Virus record (IMG/VR): IMGVR_UViG_3300036832_000479
Span: 1-50,196 of that record
Reading direction: 5' to 3' (one strand)
From: a virus
Lineage: Duplodnaviria; Caudoviricetes
Length of the DNA: 50,196 nt
Shown here in pieces: positions 17,901 through 26,740 of this stretch. Both the position numbers and the translations under genes were made by a program. The notes below the pieces were generated by a model that saw only the letters and a list, made by a program, of their open reading frames with translations, was not told the DNA's origin and made no database searches. The first letter of the stretch is position 1. Each line of letters begins with the position of its first letter.

Positions 17901-18266
17901 ATGGCAGCGACAAGCATAAATAAAGAACACGACGCGGACGGCGCAATCAAACACCTGGAGGCGGTCGGAAAAGAGGAACGGACTATTCATCAGATGTCGC
18001 ATCCCGTGACGGTAAACGGCACGACATACGATCAGGTCCGGCTCGATTTCGACTCGCTGACGGGCGAAGACATGGAGGCAATCGCAAATATCATGGTGGC
18101 GGGCGGCGATATTACGCCACAAATGCAGGAGTTTTCAAAGACTTACCTCCTGCACGTCGTCAGCCGCGCATCGAAAATCAATATAAACGACCTGCGCAAG
18201 TTTCCGATCCGGGACACAAGCAAGCTGACGTTGCTCGCGCAGGCTTTTATATTGGGCACGGATTAA
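17901..18266 (+). CDS. Tail assembly chaperone (P2 E-like)
   Basis: LDFDSLTGED motif; position between tube and tape measure. Confidence 0.85.
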   Translation: MAATSINKEHDADGAIKHLEAVGKEERTIHQMSHPVTVNGTTYDQVRLDFDSLTGEDMEAIANIMVAGGDITPQMQEFSKTYLLHVVSRASKININDLRKFPIRDTSKLTLLAQAFILGTD

Positions 18267-18412
18267 AGGGTCATCACGACCTGCTTGATTTGTGCCTGAC
18301 ACTATCGAAGGCGAGCGGAACCGGCGTTGGTTTCTTCTTGGCGCTGCCTATCGGACGCCTGAACGAATGGGGTGCGGCGGTGATCAGAGTTGCAAAGAGG
18401 ATGCAAACCTAA
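18245..18412 (+). CDS. -1 frameshift extension of tail chaperone (E'/gpT-like)
   Basis: Open -1 frame from T-TTT at 18245 to TAA 18412, abutting the tape measure ATG; encodes ...LSKASGTGVGFFLALPIGRLNEW... Confidence 0.7.
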   Translation, partial: FYIGHGLKGHHDLLDLCLTLSKASGTGVGFFLALPIGRLNEWGAAVIRVAKRMQT

Positions 18413-20380
18413 ATGGCCGGCCGCTCCTTTTCCCTGTCCGTTCTCTTTGGCGCCAAGGTCGCTCCGTCCGTCGCGCAGTCCGCCCATGCGGTGACGAACG
18501 GGCTCAAGGAGATCAACAGGGAAATCGACAAGACGAACGAAAAGGCGCGCGACCGCGCTGAGGAACGGGCCTTGCGCGACCTGGGCCGCGCATCCAAGGG
18601 CGTCGGCGAGTCCTTCACGAGAATGGGCGAGGTCATCAAGGGCACGTTTGAGGAAGTCGTGCTCCCGGTGTTGGCGGCCGCGGGCGCCATGTTTGCGTTC
18701 GCGGAGTCCGCGGGCAAGGCGGGCCAGGAAATCTATGTCGCGACGAAAAAGATCGGGATATCCGCCGAGCAGTATACGGCGCTGAACTATGCCGCCAAGG
18801 AAGCTGGCGTATCTCAGGAGGCGTTCCAGACGGGCTTGCTGCGGTTCAACCGGACGATCGGCGAAGCGCTCGGCGGCAACAAAAAGGCGCAGCTCGCGCT
18901 AAAAGAAGCCGGGATTGGTCGAAAGGACCTGTTCGACGCGCGCGGGCAGCTCCGGCCCACTATCGATCTGTTCAAGGTTTTCGCGAAAACCGTCGAAGGC
19001 GTCAAAAATCCGATCCTGCAAGGACGGCTGGCGGTCGCGCTGATGGGCCGCGGTGGCCAGCAATATCTGCCGCTGCTGATCGAGAACGCCGAAAAAATGA
19101 ACGAGCAGTTCAAGGAGGCGCGCGAGCTGCATCAGGTTTGGAGCCAGACGGATATCAACAACGCGCACGAGTTTCACCTTGCGATCGAACGGGTTGGATT
19201 GGCGCTTGACGGCGTCAAGAACGATATCGGCCGCGCCCTGCATCCGGCGCTGACCCAGATCGCGGGTGACATGAAAAACTGGATTGTCCAAAACAACCAG
19301 TTCATCAAGAACAAGGCGATCGAGTGGGCGAAAAAATTCAAGGAGGCGTGGCCGGGCATCCGAAAGGAGATCAAACAAACGACCGATGAGCTGCGGCGCA
19401 TCTGGACCGTGATTGATAGCGTCGTGCAGAGCATGGGCGGCTGGGGCCCGGTGCTCCGGACTTTGATCGCCGCGTTTATCACCATCAAGACGCTTCAGAT
19501 GGCGGCGGCGTTCGGCTCGATTGTCGGCGCCGTCATAAATCTCGGCTCAGCGCTGGCGAAAACGATCGGCATCGTCGGCGAAGGCGCATCGGCGTTCAAA
19601 ATCCTGACGTCGGAGCTTGGACCCGGAACCAAGGCGCTTGCGCTGCTCAGCAAAGGCTTCCTGGGATTCTTCGCGATCCTGCGCACCGGAGCCGTCTGGC
19701 TGGTAACCAACCCGTTCGGGCTCATCATCCTCGGCATCGCAGCGCTGATCGCGGCTGTCTATGAAATCTGGAATCATTGGAGTGGTCTCGTTTCGTTTTT
19801 CCAGACATCGTGGGACGATATTAAGGCGGCGTTTGACATTGGATTTATTCACGGCGTCGCTGTCGCAATCGATAAGGCGTTTTTGTTTATTCTCAAAGGC
19901 GCGAACGATCTTGTTCACGACCTGACCGGGATTGACTTCGGCGCTATTATTAGCGGCTGGATGGATGCCGCAGAACGGGCGGTGGAGCAGTCGAGCTTCT
20001 ATCAGACGCTCAAGCCGATCTTCGATTTTATGACGATCGGTCCGACCGCGCCCTATGGTGGCACGCCACAGGCAATCCAGAGTATGCCGACGATCGCTCC
20101 GATCGCCCCGATTGGCGTTCCAGGGCGCCGCCGGGCACGAGCTGCGGCCGGCGGTAGCGGCACGGACCTTGCGTCGCTCGCGGGCGCCGCGCAGATGATG
20201 GGCCCCAGCACAACGCAGATTTTCAATTTTAACCCGACGATCACTGTGACCGGCGTCAGCACGGCGGATCAGCCGGACGTGCGCGGCGACGTTCAGGCCG
20301 GGCTGTCGGACGCGAACGACAAATTCAAGAAGCAGTACGACCAGCACGCCTATCAGCAAGCCCGTACAGCGATGAGGTAG
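18413..20380 (+). CDS. Tape measure protein
   Basis: 655 aa Ala-rich helical protein after chaperone; LNYAAKEAG, NPFGLII TM-like segment. Confidence 0.9.
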   Translation: MAGRSFSLSVLFGAKVAPSVAQSAHAVTNGLKEINREIDKTNEKARDRAEERALRDLGRASKGVGESFTRMGEVIKGTFEEVVLPVLAAAGAMFAFAESAGKAGQEIYVATKKIGISAEQYTALNYAAKEAGVSQEAFQTGLLRFNRTIGEALGGNKKAQLALKEAGIGRKDLFDARGQLRPTIDLFKVFAKTVEGVKNPILQGRLAVALMGRGGQQYLPLLIENAEKMNEQFKEARELHQVWSQTDINNAHEFHLAIERVGLALDGVKNDIGRALHPALTQIAGDMKNWIVQNNQFIKNKAIEWAKKFKEAWPGIRKEIKQTTDELRRIWTVIDSVVQSMGGWGPVLRTLIAAFITIKTLQMAAAFGSIVGAVINLGSALAKTIGIVGEGASAFKILTSELGPGTKALALLSKGFLGFFAILRTGAVWLVTNPFGLIILGIAALIAAVYEIWNHWSGLVSFFQTSWDDIKAAFDIGFIHGVAVAIDKAFLFILKGANDLVHDLTGIDFGAIISGWMDAAERAVEQSSFYQTLKPIFDFMTIGPTAPYGGTPQAIQSMPTIAPIAPIGVPGRRRARAAAGGSGTDLASLAGAAQMMGPSTTQIFNFNPTITVTGVSTADQPDVRGDVQAGLSDANDKFKKQYDQHAYQQARTAMR

Positions 20381-20385
20381 GCCGG

Positions 20386-20595
20386 ATGCAATGGACCTAC
20401 GTCACGCAGCAAGGCGACACCTGGGACGTCCTGGCGCTCGATATCTACGGGACGGAAATGCTCCAGGCGTTCCTGATCGCGGCAAATCCCGATCAGGCCG
20501 GCGTGCTGTTCTTTCCGGCCGGCGTCACCCTCGTCATTCCCGACACGCCGATCACCGCGACGGCGCTGCCGCAACCGCCGTGGGCCGTGCCATGA
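20386..20595 (+). CDS. Tail protein X (LysM-like)
   Basis: YVTQQGDTWDVLA...ANP...PPW motif. Confidence 0.9.
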   Translation: MQWTYVTQQGDTWDVLALDIYGTEMLQAFLIAANPDQAGVLFFPAGVTLVIPDTPITATALPQPPWAVP

Positions 20596-21830
20596 CCTTC
20601 GACGCGGGCGAAGTCACGGTGTTCGGGAGCCGCAAATCGTCGTCAACGGTGCCGGCGCCGCAATGGTCGACGAATGCCCGCCACGTGGAAATCCTGCTGA
20701 CCTACGACGGGCAGGACATGACGCAGAACATCGCGCCCTATCTCACATCGTTCCGCTATGTCGACCGGACCATCAAGGACCAGATGGACGAACTGGCGAT
20801 CACCGTCCAGGACGTCGCCGGGCTCTGGAAGGGTTCCTGGTGGCCGGCTCAGGGATCGAAATTCGCCGCCAAAATCCAGGCGTTCAACTGGTTTACGGCG
20901 GGAGACGCGCTGGTGCGCGACTGCGGCTCATTCGAAATCGACGATCTGACGAGCACCGGGCCGCCGAACATCATGACCCTGTCGGCCGTCTCGGTCGGCA
21001 TCACGGCGAGCATCCGGCGCCAGGAGAACACGAAGGCGTGGGAGAATATCACCTGCAACGCCATCGCGCAGGATATCGCGACGCGCAACGGCTTCAGGCT
21101 GTTTTTCGACAGCTCGTACAACCCGATTTATGACCGTTTCGACCAGCGCGCCGAGTCCGATCTGGCCTTCCTTCAACGCGTCTGTGAATATACCGGGCTT
21201 AGTCTCAAGGTCACATCCGACACGATCGTCATATTCCGCGGCGAGGACTATGACGCCAAGGACCCGATACTTACCGTCATGATCGGGCAGGACGGGTATA
21301 TGGGGCATTCCTTCAATGCTAATTCTTGCGACGTCTATTCAGCCTGCGAGGTCAAATACTACCATCCGGGCCACAAGGAGCTGCTGACGTACCTGTACAA
21401 GCCGGACGGCATTTCCGGCACGCGCAAGGCGAAGAAGGAAAAAGGTGCCAAGGGCGGCGGCGGCTGGTCGACGGCGATCGATCCTAACACCCGGCTCCCG
21501 CTGGGCGCGTTCGGCGCGAGCAGCACTCAGGCGCAGATTCCTGAGCCGAAAATCGGGCAGGTGCTCAAGGTCAATCAGCGCTGCGGGTCGCTCGCGCAGG
21601 CTGAGCAGGTCGCCAAGGCGGCTCTGCGGGACAAGAACCTGCGGCAGACCAAGGGCACGCTGCGCTTCATGGGTCACCCTGTTCTCTATTCCGGCGCGAA
21701 CATCGCCGTGTCAGGCTTCGGGCGCTGGGACAGCGCGATCTGGGCAGTTGAGGAGATCACCCATAGTTACGCGAAAAACTCGGGCTACACGACCGAACTC
21801 CAGCTCCGCGGCACACTCGCAGGATACTGA
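20592..21830 (+). CDS. Baseplate hub / P2 gpD-like protein
   Basis: GSFEIDD, QRAESDLAFLQR, GYTTELQL motifs; start set at ATG 20592. Confidence 0.9.
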   Translation: MTFDAGEVTVFGSRKSSSTVPAPQWSTNARHVEILLTYDGQDMTQNIAPYLTSFRYVDRTIKDQMDELAITVQDVAGLWKGSWWPAQGSKFAAKIQAFNWFTAGDALVRDCGSFEIDDLTSTGPPNIMTLSAVSVGITASIRRQENTKAWENITCNAIAQDIATRNGFRLFFDSSYNPIYDRFDQRAESDLAFLQRVCEYTGLSLKVTSDTIVIFRGEDYDAKDPILTVMIGQDGYMGHSFNANSCDVYSACEVKYYHPGHKELLTYLYKPDGISGTRKAKKEKGAKGGGGWSTAIDPNTRLPLGAFGASSTQAQIPEPKIGQVLKVNQRCGSLAQAEQVAKAALRDKNLRQTKGTLRFMGHPVLYSGANIAVSGFGRWDSAIWAVEEITHSYAKNSGYTTELQLRGTLAGY

Positions 21831-21831
21831 C

Positions 21832-22362
21832 ATGGCAGTTGGTTCAAAATCCGACCTTAACGGCTTGCTCGAAACAGTCGGGCAGCTTGTCCGCGTCGGC
21901 GTCGTCGTCTCGACCAACTTCGCCGCGGCAACCGCGCGCGTGCAGTTCGGCGACGCTGACGACCTTGTGTCCTACGACATGCAGATCGTTTTCCCTAAGA
22001 CGTCGAAGGACAAATTTTACAATATGCCGGATACGGGGGATCAGGTGGTTTGCCTGTTCCTGCCGAACGGGCTTGAACAAGGGTTCATCCTCGGCTCGGT
22101 CTACTCGACGGTGGACGTTCCGCCCGTGCAGTCGCCGGACAAGGATCACATCACCTATAGCGACGGGACGGTCATCGAATACGACCGGGCCGCCCACGTG
22201 CTGACGGCAAACGTGCAGGGCACGGCCACGATCCAGTCGACCGGCCTGCTGACCATCAAGGCGCCATCGATCGCGCTGACCGGCACCGTGACGGTGAACG
22301 GCGACCTGAGCACGACCGGCAACAGCTACGCCAAGACCCGCACCGGAGGACACCCCCCGTAA
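21832..22362 (+). CDS. Baseplate spike (gpV-like)
   Basis: MPDTGDQVVCLF...GFILGSVY, YSDGTVIEYDR; start set at ATG 21832. Confidence 0.9.
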   Translation: MAVGSKSDLNGLLETVGQLVRVGVVVSTNFAAATARVQFGDADDLVSYDMQIVFPKTSKDKFYNMPDTGDQVVCLFLPNGLEQGFILGSVYSTVDVPPVQSPDKDHITYSDGTVIEYDRAAHVLTANVQGTATIQSTGLLTIKAPSIALTGTVTVNGDLSTTGNSYAKTRTGGHPP

Positions 22363-23090
22363 TGGCCGCGCTGCTTGAAAACCTCGGAAGCCTGGGCCGC
22401 GAGTCGCTGAACACGCTCGCGGTTACATCCGGAATCGGCATCCTCGGCGGCTCGCCGCTGGGATCGTTCGGTCAGCTCGTCTTCGAGTGCTCTCAGGTCA
22501 AGGTGCAGAATTGGGGCGAGTTTCAGCGGCACGCCGAATATGCGTTCGCTGACCACGAAGTGCTGGGTGGCAAGCCGGTTTCGGAGTGGACGGGCCCAGG
22601 GCTCGATGAGCTGCAAATCGAGATGACGTTCAACGCATCGCTGCTGAACGGCGATCCGGTCGCGGCCGTCGAGCAGCTTCGCACGATGGCGGGCAGCGGT
22701 ACGGCTCAGGCGCTCGTGCTGGTGGGGCAATCGCTCGGCAACTATACGATCCGCTCGATTGAAGACCAGTGGCTCTACGTGCGCCGCAACGGCCCTGAGA
22801 TCGTCACCGTCAGCGTGACCCTGCGCGAGTACGTGGAATCGGTCATCACGACGGCGCAGGCCAAGCAGCGTGACGATGAGCTCCACCGGAGCGACAGCGG
22901 CGTCGGCGGTCCCGCTCGCCTGCCGGGCGCACCGAACCCGCTCCAGCCGCGCAACCTGTCGCCTGATATCGATCCGGCGACCCGGCTCCCGAAAAACGAT
23001 GACGGCTCGCCCGACCTGGATTTGAACGATAACCCGGACAATGATTTTGGCGCGGGCGACGGCTCCGGCGACTCCAGCGGAGGCGGCTGA
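22362..23090 (+). CDS. P2 gpU-like tail protein with acidic C-terminal extension
   Basis: GSFGQLVF, KPVSEWTGPGLD, VTLREY motifs. Confidence 0.85.
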   Translation: MAALLENLGSLGRESLNTLAVTSGIGILGGSPLGSFGQLVFECSQVKVQNWGEFQRHAEYAFADHEVLGGKPVSEWTGPGLDELQIEMTFNASLLNGDPVAAVEQLRTMAGSGTAQALVLVGQSLGNYTIRSIEDQWLYVRRNGPEIVTVSVTLREYVESVITTAQAKQRDDELHRSDSGVGGPARLPGAPNPLQPRNLSPDIDPATRLPKNDDGSPDLDLNDNPDNDFGAGDGSGDSSGGG

Positions 23091-23440
23091 TGGCAACCAA
23101 TGCCGCTTTGGTCCTGGCCGGCGCTCCGCTCACCAATATCGTAATTGGCGCGACCGGCGTGCTGGCGATCGGGCAGAACGTCCAAACGATCCTGGCGACC
23201 ATGCGCGGCACGCTGTTCCTGGATCGCACCTTCGGCGTGGACGGCAACATGATCGATCTGCCGCAGCCTGTGGCCCGCCAGCGCTGGGTGTCGGACGTGA
23301 TCGCCCAAATCGAGAAGCAGGAGCCGCGGGTGCAGGTCACGGGCGTCAGCTTCGTGCCGCCCAATCCGCTTATCGACGCCGGCAACGGGGTGGCGATTCC
23401 GCAGGTAACGATCAAAATCCGGCCTGGGGTGCTCCTATGA
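23090..23440 (+). CDS. Baseplate wedge protein (gpW/gp25-like)
   Basis: QNVQTILAT.RG...DRTFG, EPRV motifs. Confidence 0.88.
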   Translation: MATNAALVLAGAPLTNIVIGATGVLAIGQNVQTILATMRGTLFLDRTFGVDGNMIDLPQPVARQRWVSDVIAQIEKQEPRVQVTGVSFVPPNPLIDAGNGVAIPQVTIKIRPGVLL

Positions 23441-24570
23441 CGTTCGATATCAACAGTCTGCCGGACGTGCAGTTTGCCGACCTGGATACGGCCACGGTGC
23501 AATCGGCGATCATCACCTATTACGAAGGCTTGACGCTGTCGGTGCTCTATCCCGGCGATCCGGTGCGGCTTTTCCTCAGCACGCTCGCGGCCGTCATCGC
23601 CCAGCGCAACGTGCTCCTGGACTTCACCGGGAAAATGAACCTGTTGCGCTACGCGACCGGCGCCTATCTGGACCAGATCGCTGCGATGTACGACGTGCAG
23701 CGGCTTCAGCCGAGCTTTGCCGGCGCCATCGAACGGTTCAGCGTCGCCGCGCCGCAGCTCGCGGACCAGCCGATTCCGCAGGGCACGCGCGTCACGGCGG
23801 ACGGGCTGATCTATTTTGCAACCAAAGCGCTCGCCACGCTGCCTGCGGGCCTGCTGTATGTCGATATTCCGATTGAGGCGACGACGGCAGGGGCCGCAGC
23901 GAACGGCCTCGTGGCGGGCCAGATTTCGCGCCTTGTCGACCCGCTCCCGTTCGTCGTGAACGTCGCCAACACGATCGCGACCAGCGGCGGCGCCGACACG
24001 GAACAGGACGATCCGTTCCGCGCGCGCATCCAGCTTTCACCCGAATCCTTCTCGGTGGCCGGGCCGGAGCTGGCCTATGTGTTCTGGGCCGAGTCCGCCA
24101 ACCCGGATATCACCGACGTCTCGGTATGGTCGCCGAGCGACGGCGTGGTCAACGTCGCGATCCTGACCAGCGCGGGCATTCCCGATCCGGCATCCGAGGA
24201 AATCCAGGACGTGACGGCGGCGCTGTCAGCCAAGAACCGGCGGCCGCTGACCGACAAAGTCACGGTCATGCCGGCCGTGGCCTTCGCGGCGGACTTTACC
24301 GTAACGTGGTTCATCACGACGGATCAGGCGCCATACGAAGCGACGATCGCCACCAACGTCGCCGCGGCCGTGGCAAGCTATATCGCGTGGCAGACGGCAA
24401 GCATCGGCCTGGACCTTATCCCTGGCAAGCTGACGCAGCTCTGCCTTGAAGCCGGCGCCAAGCGGATCACGACGACCGGGCTCGTCTATACCGTCGTGGG
24501 GCAGGACAGCGTCGTGCAGTTCGCGGTGAACAATAATCGGATCATCTTCGGCGGGATCGAGGCGCCCTGA
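23437..24570 (+). CDS. Baseplate J-like protein
   Basis: ATGAYLD, GGADTEQDD.FRARI, SVAGP, RPLTD motifs; start set at ATG 23437. Confidence 0.92.
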   Translation: MTFDINSLPDVQFADLDTATVQSAIITYYEGLTLSVLYPGDPVRLFLSTLAAVIAQRNVLLDFTGKMNLLRYATGAYLDQIAAMYDVQRLQPSFAGAIERFSVAAPQLADQPIPQGTRVTADGLIYFATKALATLPAGLLYVDIPIEATTAGAAANGLVAGQISRLVDPLPFVVNVANTIATSGGADTEQDDPFRARIQLSPESFSVAGPELAYVFWAESANPDITDVSVWSPSDGVVNVAILTSAGIPDPASEEIQDVTAALSAKNRRPLTDKVTVMPAVAFAADFTVTWFITTDQAPYEATIATNVAAAVASYIAWQTASIGLDLIPGKLTQLCLEAGAKRITTTGLVYTVVGQDSVVQFAVNNNRIIFGGIEAP

Positions 24571-25343
24571 TGGTCGACCTAGTCGGCACGCCATTCGGGG
24601 ATTTGCTGCCATCGTCTGTTGCATCAGACCCGCAGTTCGTTGCGGCGGCCGCCACGCTTGACGCGATGTTCGCCGAAACCGACGCGCAGGTGCAGAACGT
24701 CCTGATCTGGTCGCGGCTCGACGAAATCACCGAGCCCGAGCTGTCGTCGCTTGCGTGGCAGGTTCACCTTGACGGGTTTGAAGGCTATGCGCTCGCCACC
24801 AGCGACGCGCAGAAACAAGCGCTGATCGCGGAGTCGTTTCGACTCCACATGTACAAGGGCACCCGCTGGTCGCTCGAGCGCATTTTCACTCTGCTCGGCA
24901 TGACCGGGACGATCACGGAATGGTGGGAAGCCATCCCGCCGTTCAACCCCTACGAATTCGACATTGAGGTCGACGCGGCGAGTCACACGATCGATCAGAA
25001 TTTTTACGACTCGCTCTTTCAGATGATCGACGCGTTGAAGAACGTCCGATCACATCTGCGCAATTTCAAAGTATCGATGAGCAATACCGGCTCCGTTCCG
25101 GTCGTGGCAAGCACGGCGATGCTTGGCCTAATGAATACGATTTACCCGTTTGAGCTGACTGATTTCACCGTTGCCTACCCGACGCCGGTCATCGGCGCCG
25201 GATATCAGGCGATATGGACGATCAGACTTCTTCCCTACGCCTTTACGCTCGCTGATTTCGCCATCTCTCACCCGGTGCCGTACATGGGCAGCGGGTATCA
25301 ATCGACGTGGACGATGAAAACAACTCCGGTCGGGAGCACCTAA
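24570..25343 (+). CDS. Tail protein I (P2 gpI-like) with repeated C-terminal modules
   Basis: LAWQ.H, HMYKGT, EWWE, KNVRSHL motifs. Confidence 0.88.
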   Translation: MVDLVGTPFGDLLPSSVASDPQFVAAAATLDAMFAETDAQVQNVLIWSRLDEITEPELSSLAWQVHLDGFEGYALATSDAQKQALIAESFRLHMYKGTRWSLERIFTLLGMTGTITEWWEAIPPFNPYEFDIEVDAASHTIDQNFYDSLFQMIDALKNVRSHLRNFKVSMSNTGSVPVVASTAMLGLMNTIYPFELTDFTVAYPTPVIGAGYQAIWTIRLLPYAFTLADFAISHPVPYMGSGYQSTWTMKTTPVGST

Positions 25344-25344
25344 A

Positions 25345-26727
25345 ATGGCGCAGCAATATGGGACATTCCTCACCCCGGCCGGCGAAGCGGCATTTGCCCA
25401 GGCGGTCGCGACCGGGAAGGACGTGGTGATCAGCTTCGCCGGAATTGGTGACGGCAACGGCTCCGAGTACATGCCAGTGGACGGCCAGACCGACCTGAAA
25501 AATCAGGTCTATGAGTGCCCGGTCAACTCGGTTTACATCGACACCAGCAACCCAAACTGGGTTGATGTCGAAATCTATATCCCGGAGACGGTCGGCGGCT
25601 GGACCATCCGCGAAGTCAGCATCAAGGATGCCAACCATGTACCGCTAGCAGTTGGCACCTATCCGAGCAGCTACAAGCCGGTCCTGGCGGCCGGCTCGGC
25701 GGTCGGCGTCTACATCAAATTCATTTTGCAGGTGGTGAATGCCTCGGCGGTTTCAATCGTCATCGACCCGTCCATCGTGCTCGCGACCCGGCAGTATGTG
25801 GATAGCGCGATTGCCGCTCACGCCGCGCTGACCAATGTCCACGGCGCGACGGTCGCGGCGACGGCGAACCGGATTATTATTCGCGATGCGAACGGACGGG
25901 CGCAGATCGCGGCACCCGCTGCGGCGGCTGATATCGCGCGGCTGGCGGATATCACGGCGGGCACGCGGATCATTGCGACCGCCGCAGTAAATTTTTACGT
26001 GCGCACCGATGGAAATGACGCGAACAACGGGCTCGCGAACACGCCAGCCGGCGCATTCAAGACGATTATGGCGGCGACGTGGAATTTGCTAAAGTATGAC
26101 TTTCGCAATAATGGCGTAACTATTAACATTGCCGCCGGGACGTACAATGAACACGTCTTGGTTGGTCCTGTTCTTCTAAGCTCTGCATTCGGCGGACTAA
26201 CTTACGCAGGTGCCGGCGTCGGCCAAACGATTGTCAACGGCCCGACATCGCCTGGAAATTTGCAGGGTTCCGCCGCCGTCACAGGCTGGATTCAGCATCA
26301 ATGGACGGGATGCACATTTAAGGTCGTTGACGCAAATGCCGCAATCGTGAACGCGGATGATAATGTTCTGATCTTGACGAACTGCGAATTTTTGGCAACG
26401 GCTGCGGGACAAATTGGCGTCGTTACCTTGCTTACCGCAAGCTGCAACCTTTTAGGCATGAAAATAACCGGCGCATTTAATTACGTTCTAAGCGGACAGT
26501 GCAATTTAGGCGCTAGTACATGGACCGTATCTGGGTCGGTATCAACCGCGTTTTTCTACATAAACGCGCCTGTATACGGTGGATCATCCCAAGTCGTAAC
26601 ATTTACCGGCTCGATGACTGGCCCAAAATATTTAGTGACTTATAACGGCGTTTTAACGCTTGCCGGCACGGTCCTGCCGGGCTCGACGGCGGGCACGACA
26701 TCAACCGGCGGGCAGGTTATTCCTTAA
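25345..26727 (+). CDS. Tail fibre 1 (P2 gpH-type N-terminal anchor)
   Basis: GDGNG, VGGWTIRE, IDPSIVLATRQYVD; YVRTDGNDAN plus beta-helix-like low-GC C-terminus. Confidence 0.88.
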   Translation: MAQQYGTFLTPAGEAAFAQAVATGKDVVISFAGIGDGNGSEYMPVDGQTDLKNQVYECPVNSVYIDTSNPNWVDVEIYIPETVGGWTIREVSIKDANHVPLAVGTYPSSYKPVLAAGSAVGVYIKFILQVVNASAVSIVIDPSIVLATRQYVDSAIAAHAALTNVHGATVAATANRIIIRDANGRAQIAAPAAAADIARLADITAGTRIIATAAVNFYVRTDGNDANNGLANTPAGAFKTIMAATWNLLKYDFRNNGVTINIAAGTYNEHVLVGPVLLSSAFGGLTYAGAGVGQTIVNGPTSPGNLQGSAAVTGWIQHQWTGCTFKVVDANAAIVNADDNVLILTNCEFLATAAGQIGVVTLLTASCNLLGMKITGAFNYVLSGQCNLGASTWTVSGSVSTAFFYINAPVYGGSSQVVTFTGSMTGPKYLVTYNGVLTLAGTVLPGSTAGTTSTGGQVIP

Positions 26728-26740
26728 GGAGTCGCGAACC

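Noticed and set aside
16115-17950. 611-aa minus-strand ORF and other long antisense ORFs (e.g. 31481-32494, 5730-6653)
   Set aside because: Shadow frames of well-supported genes in high-GC DNA, with no motifs or RBS
23090-23440. gp25-like protein as the missing endolysin
   Set aside because: This family is a structural baseplate wedge component and sits in the standard U-W-J-I order
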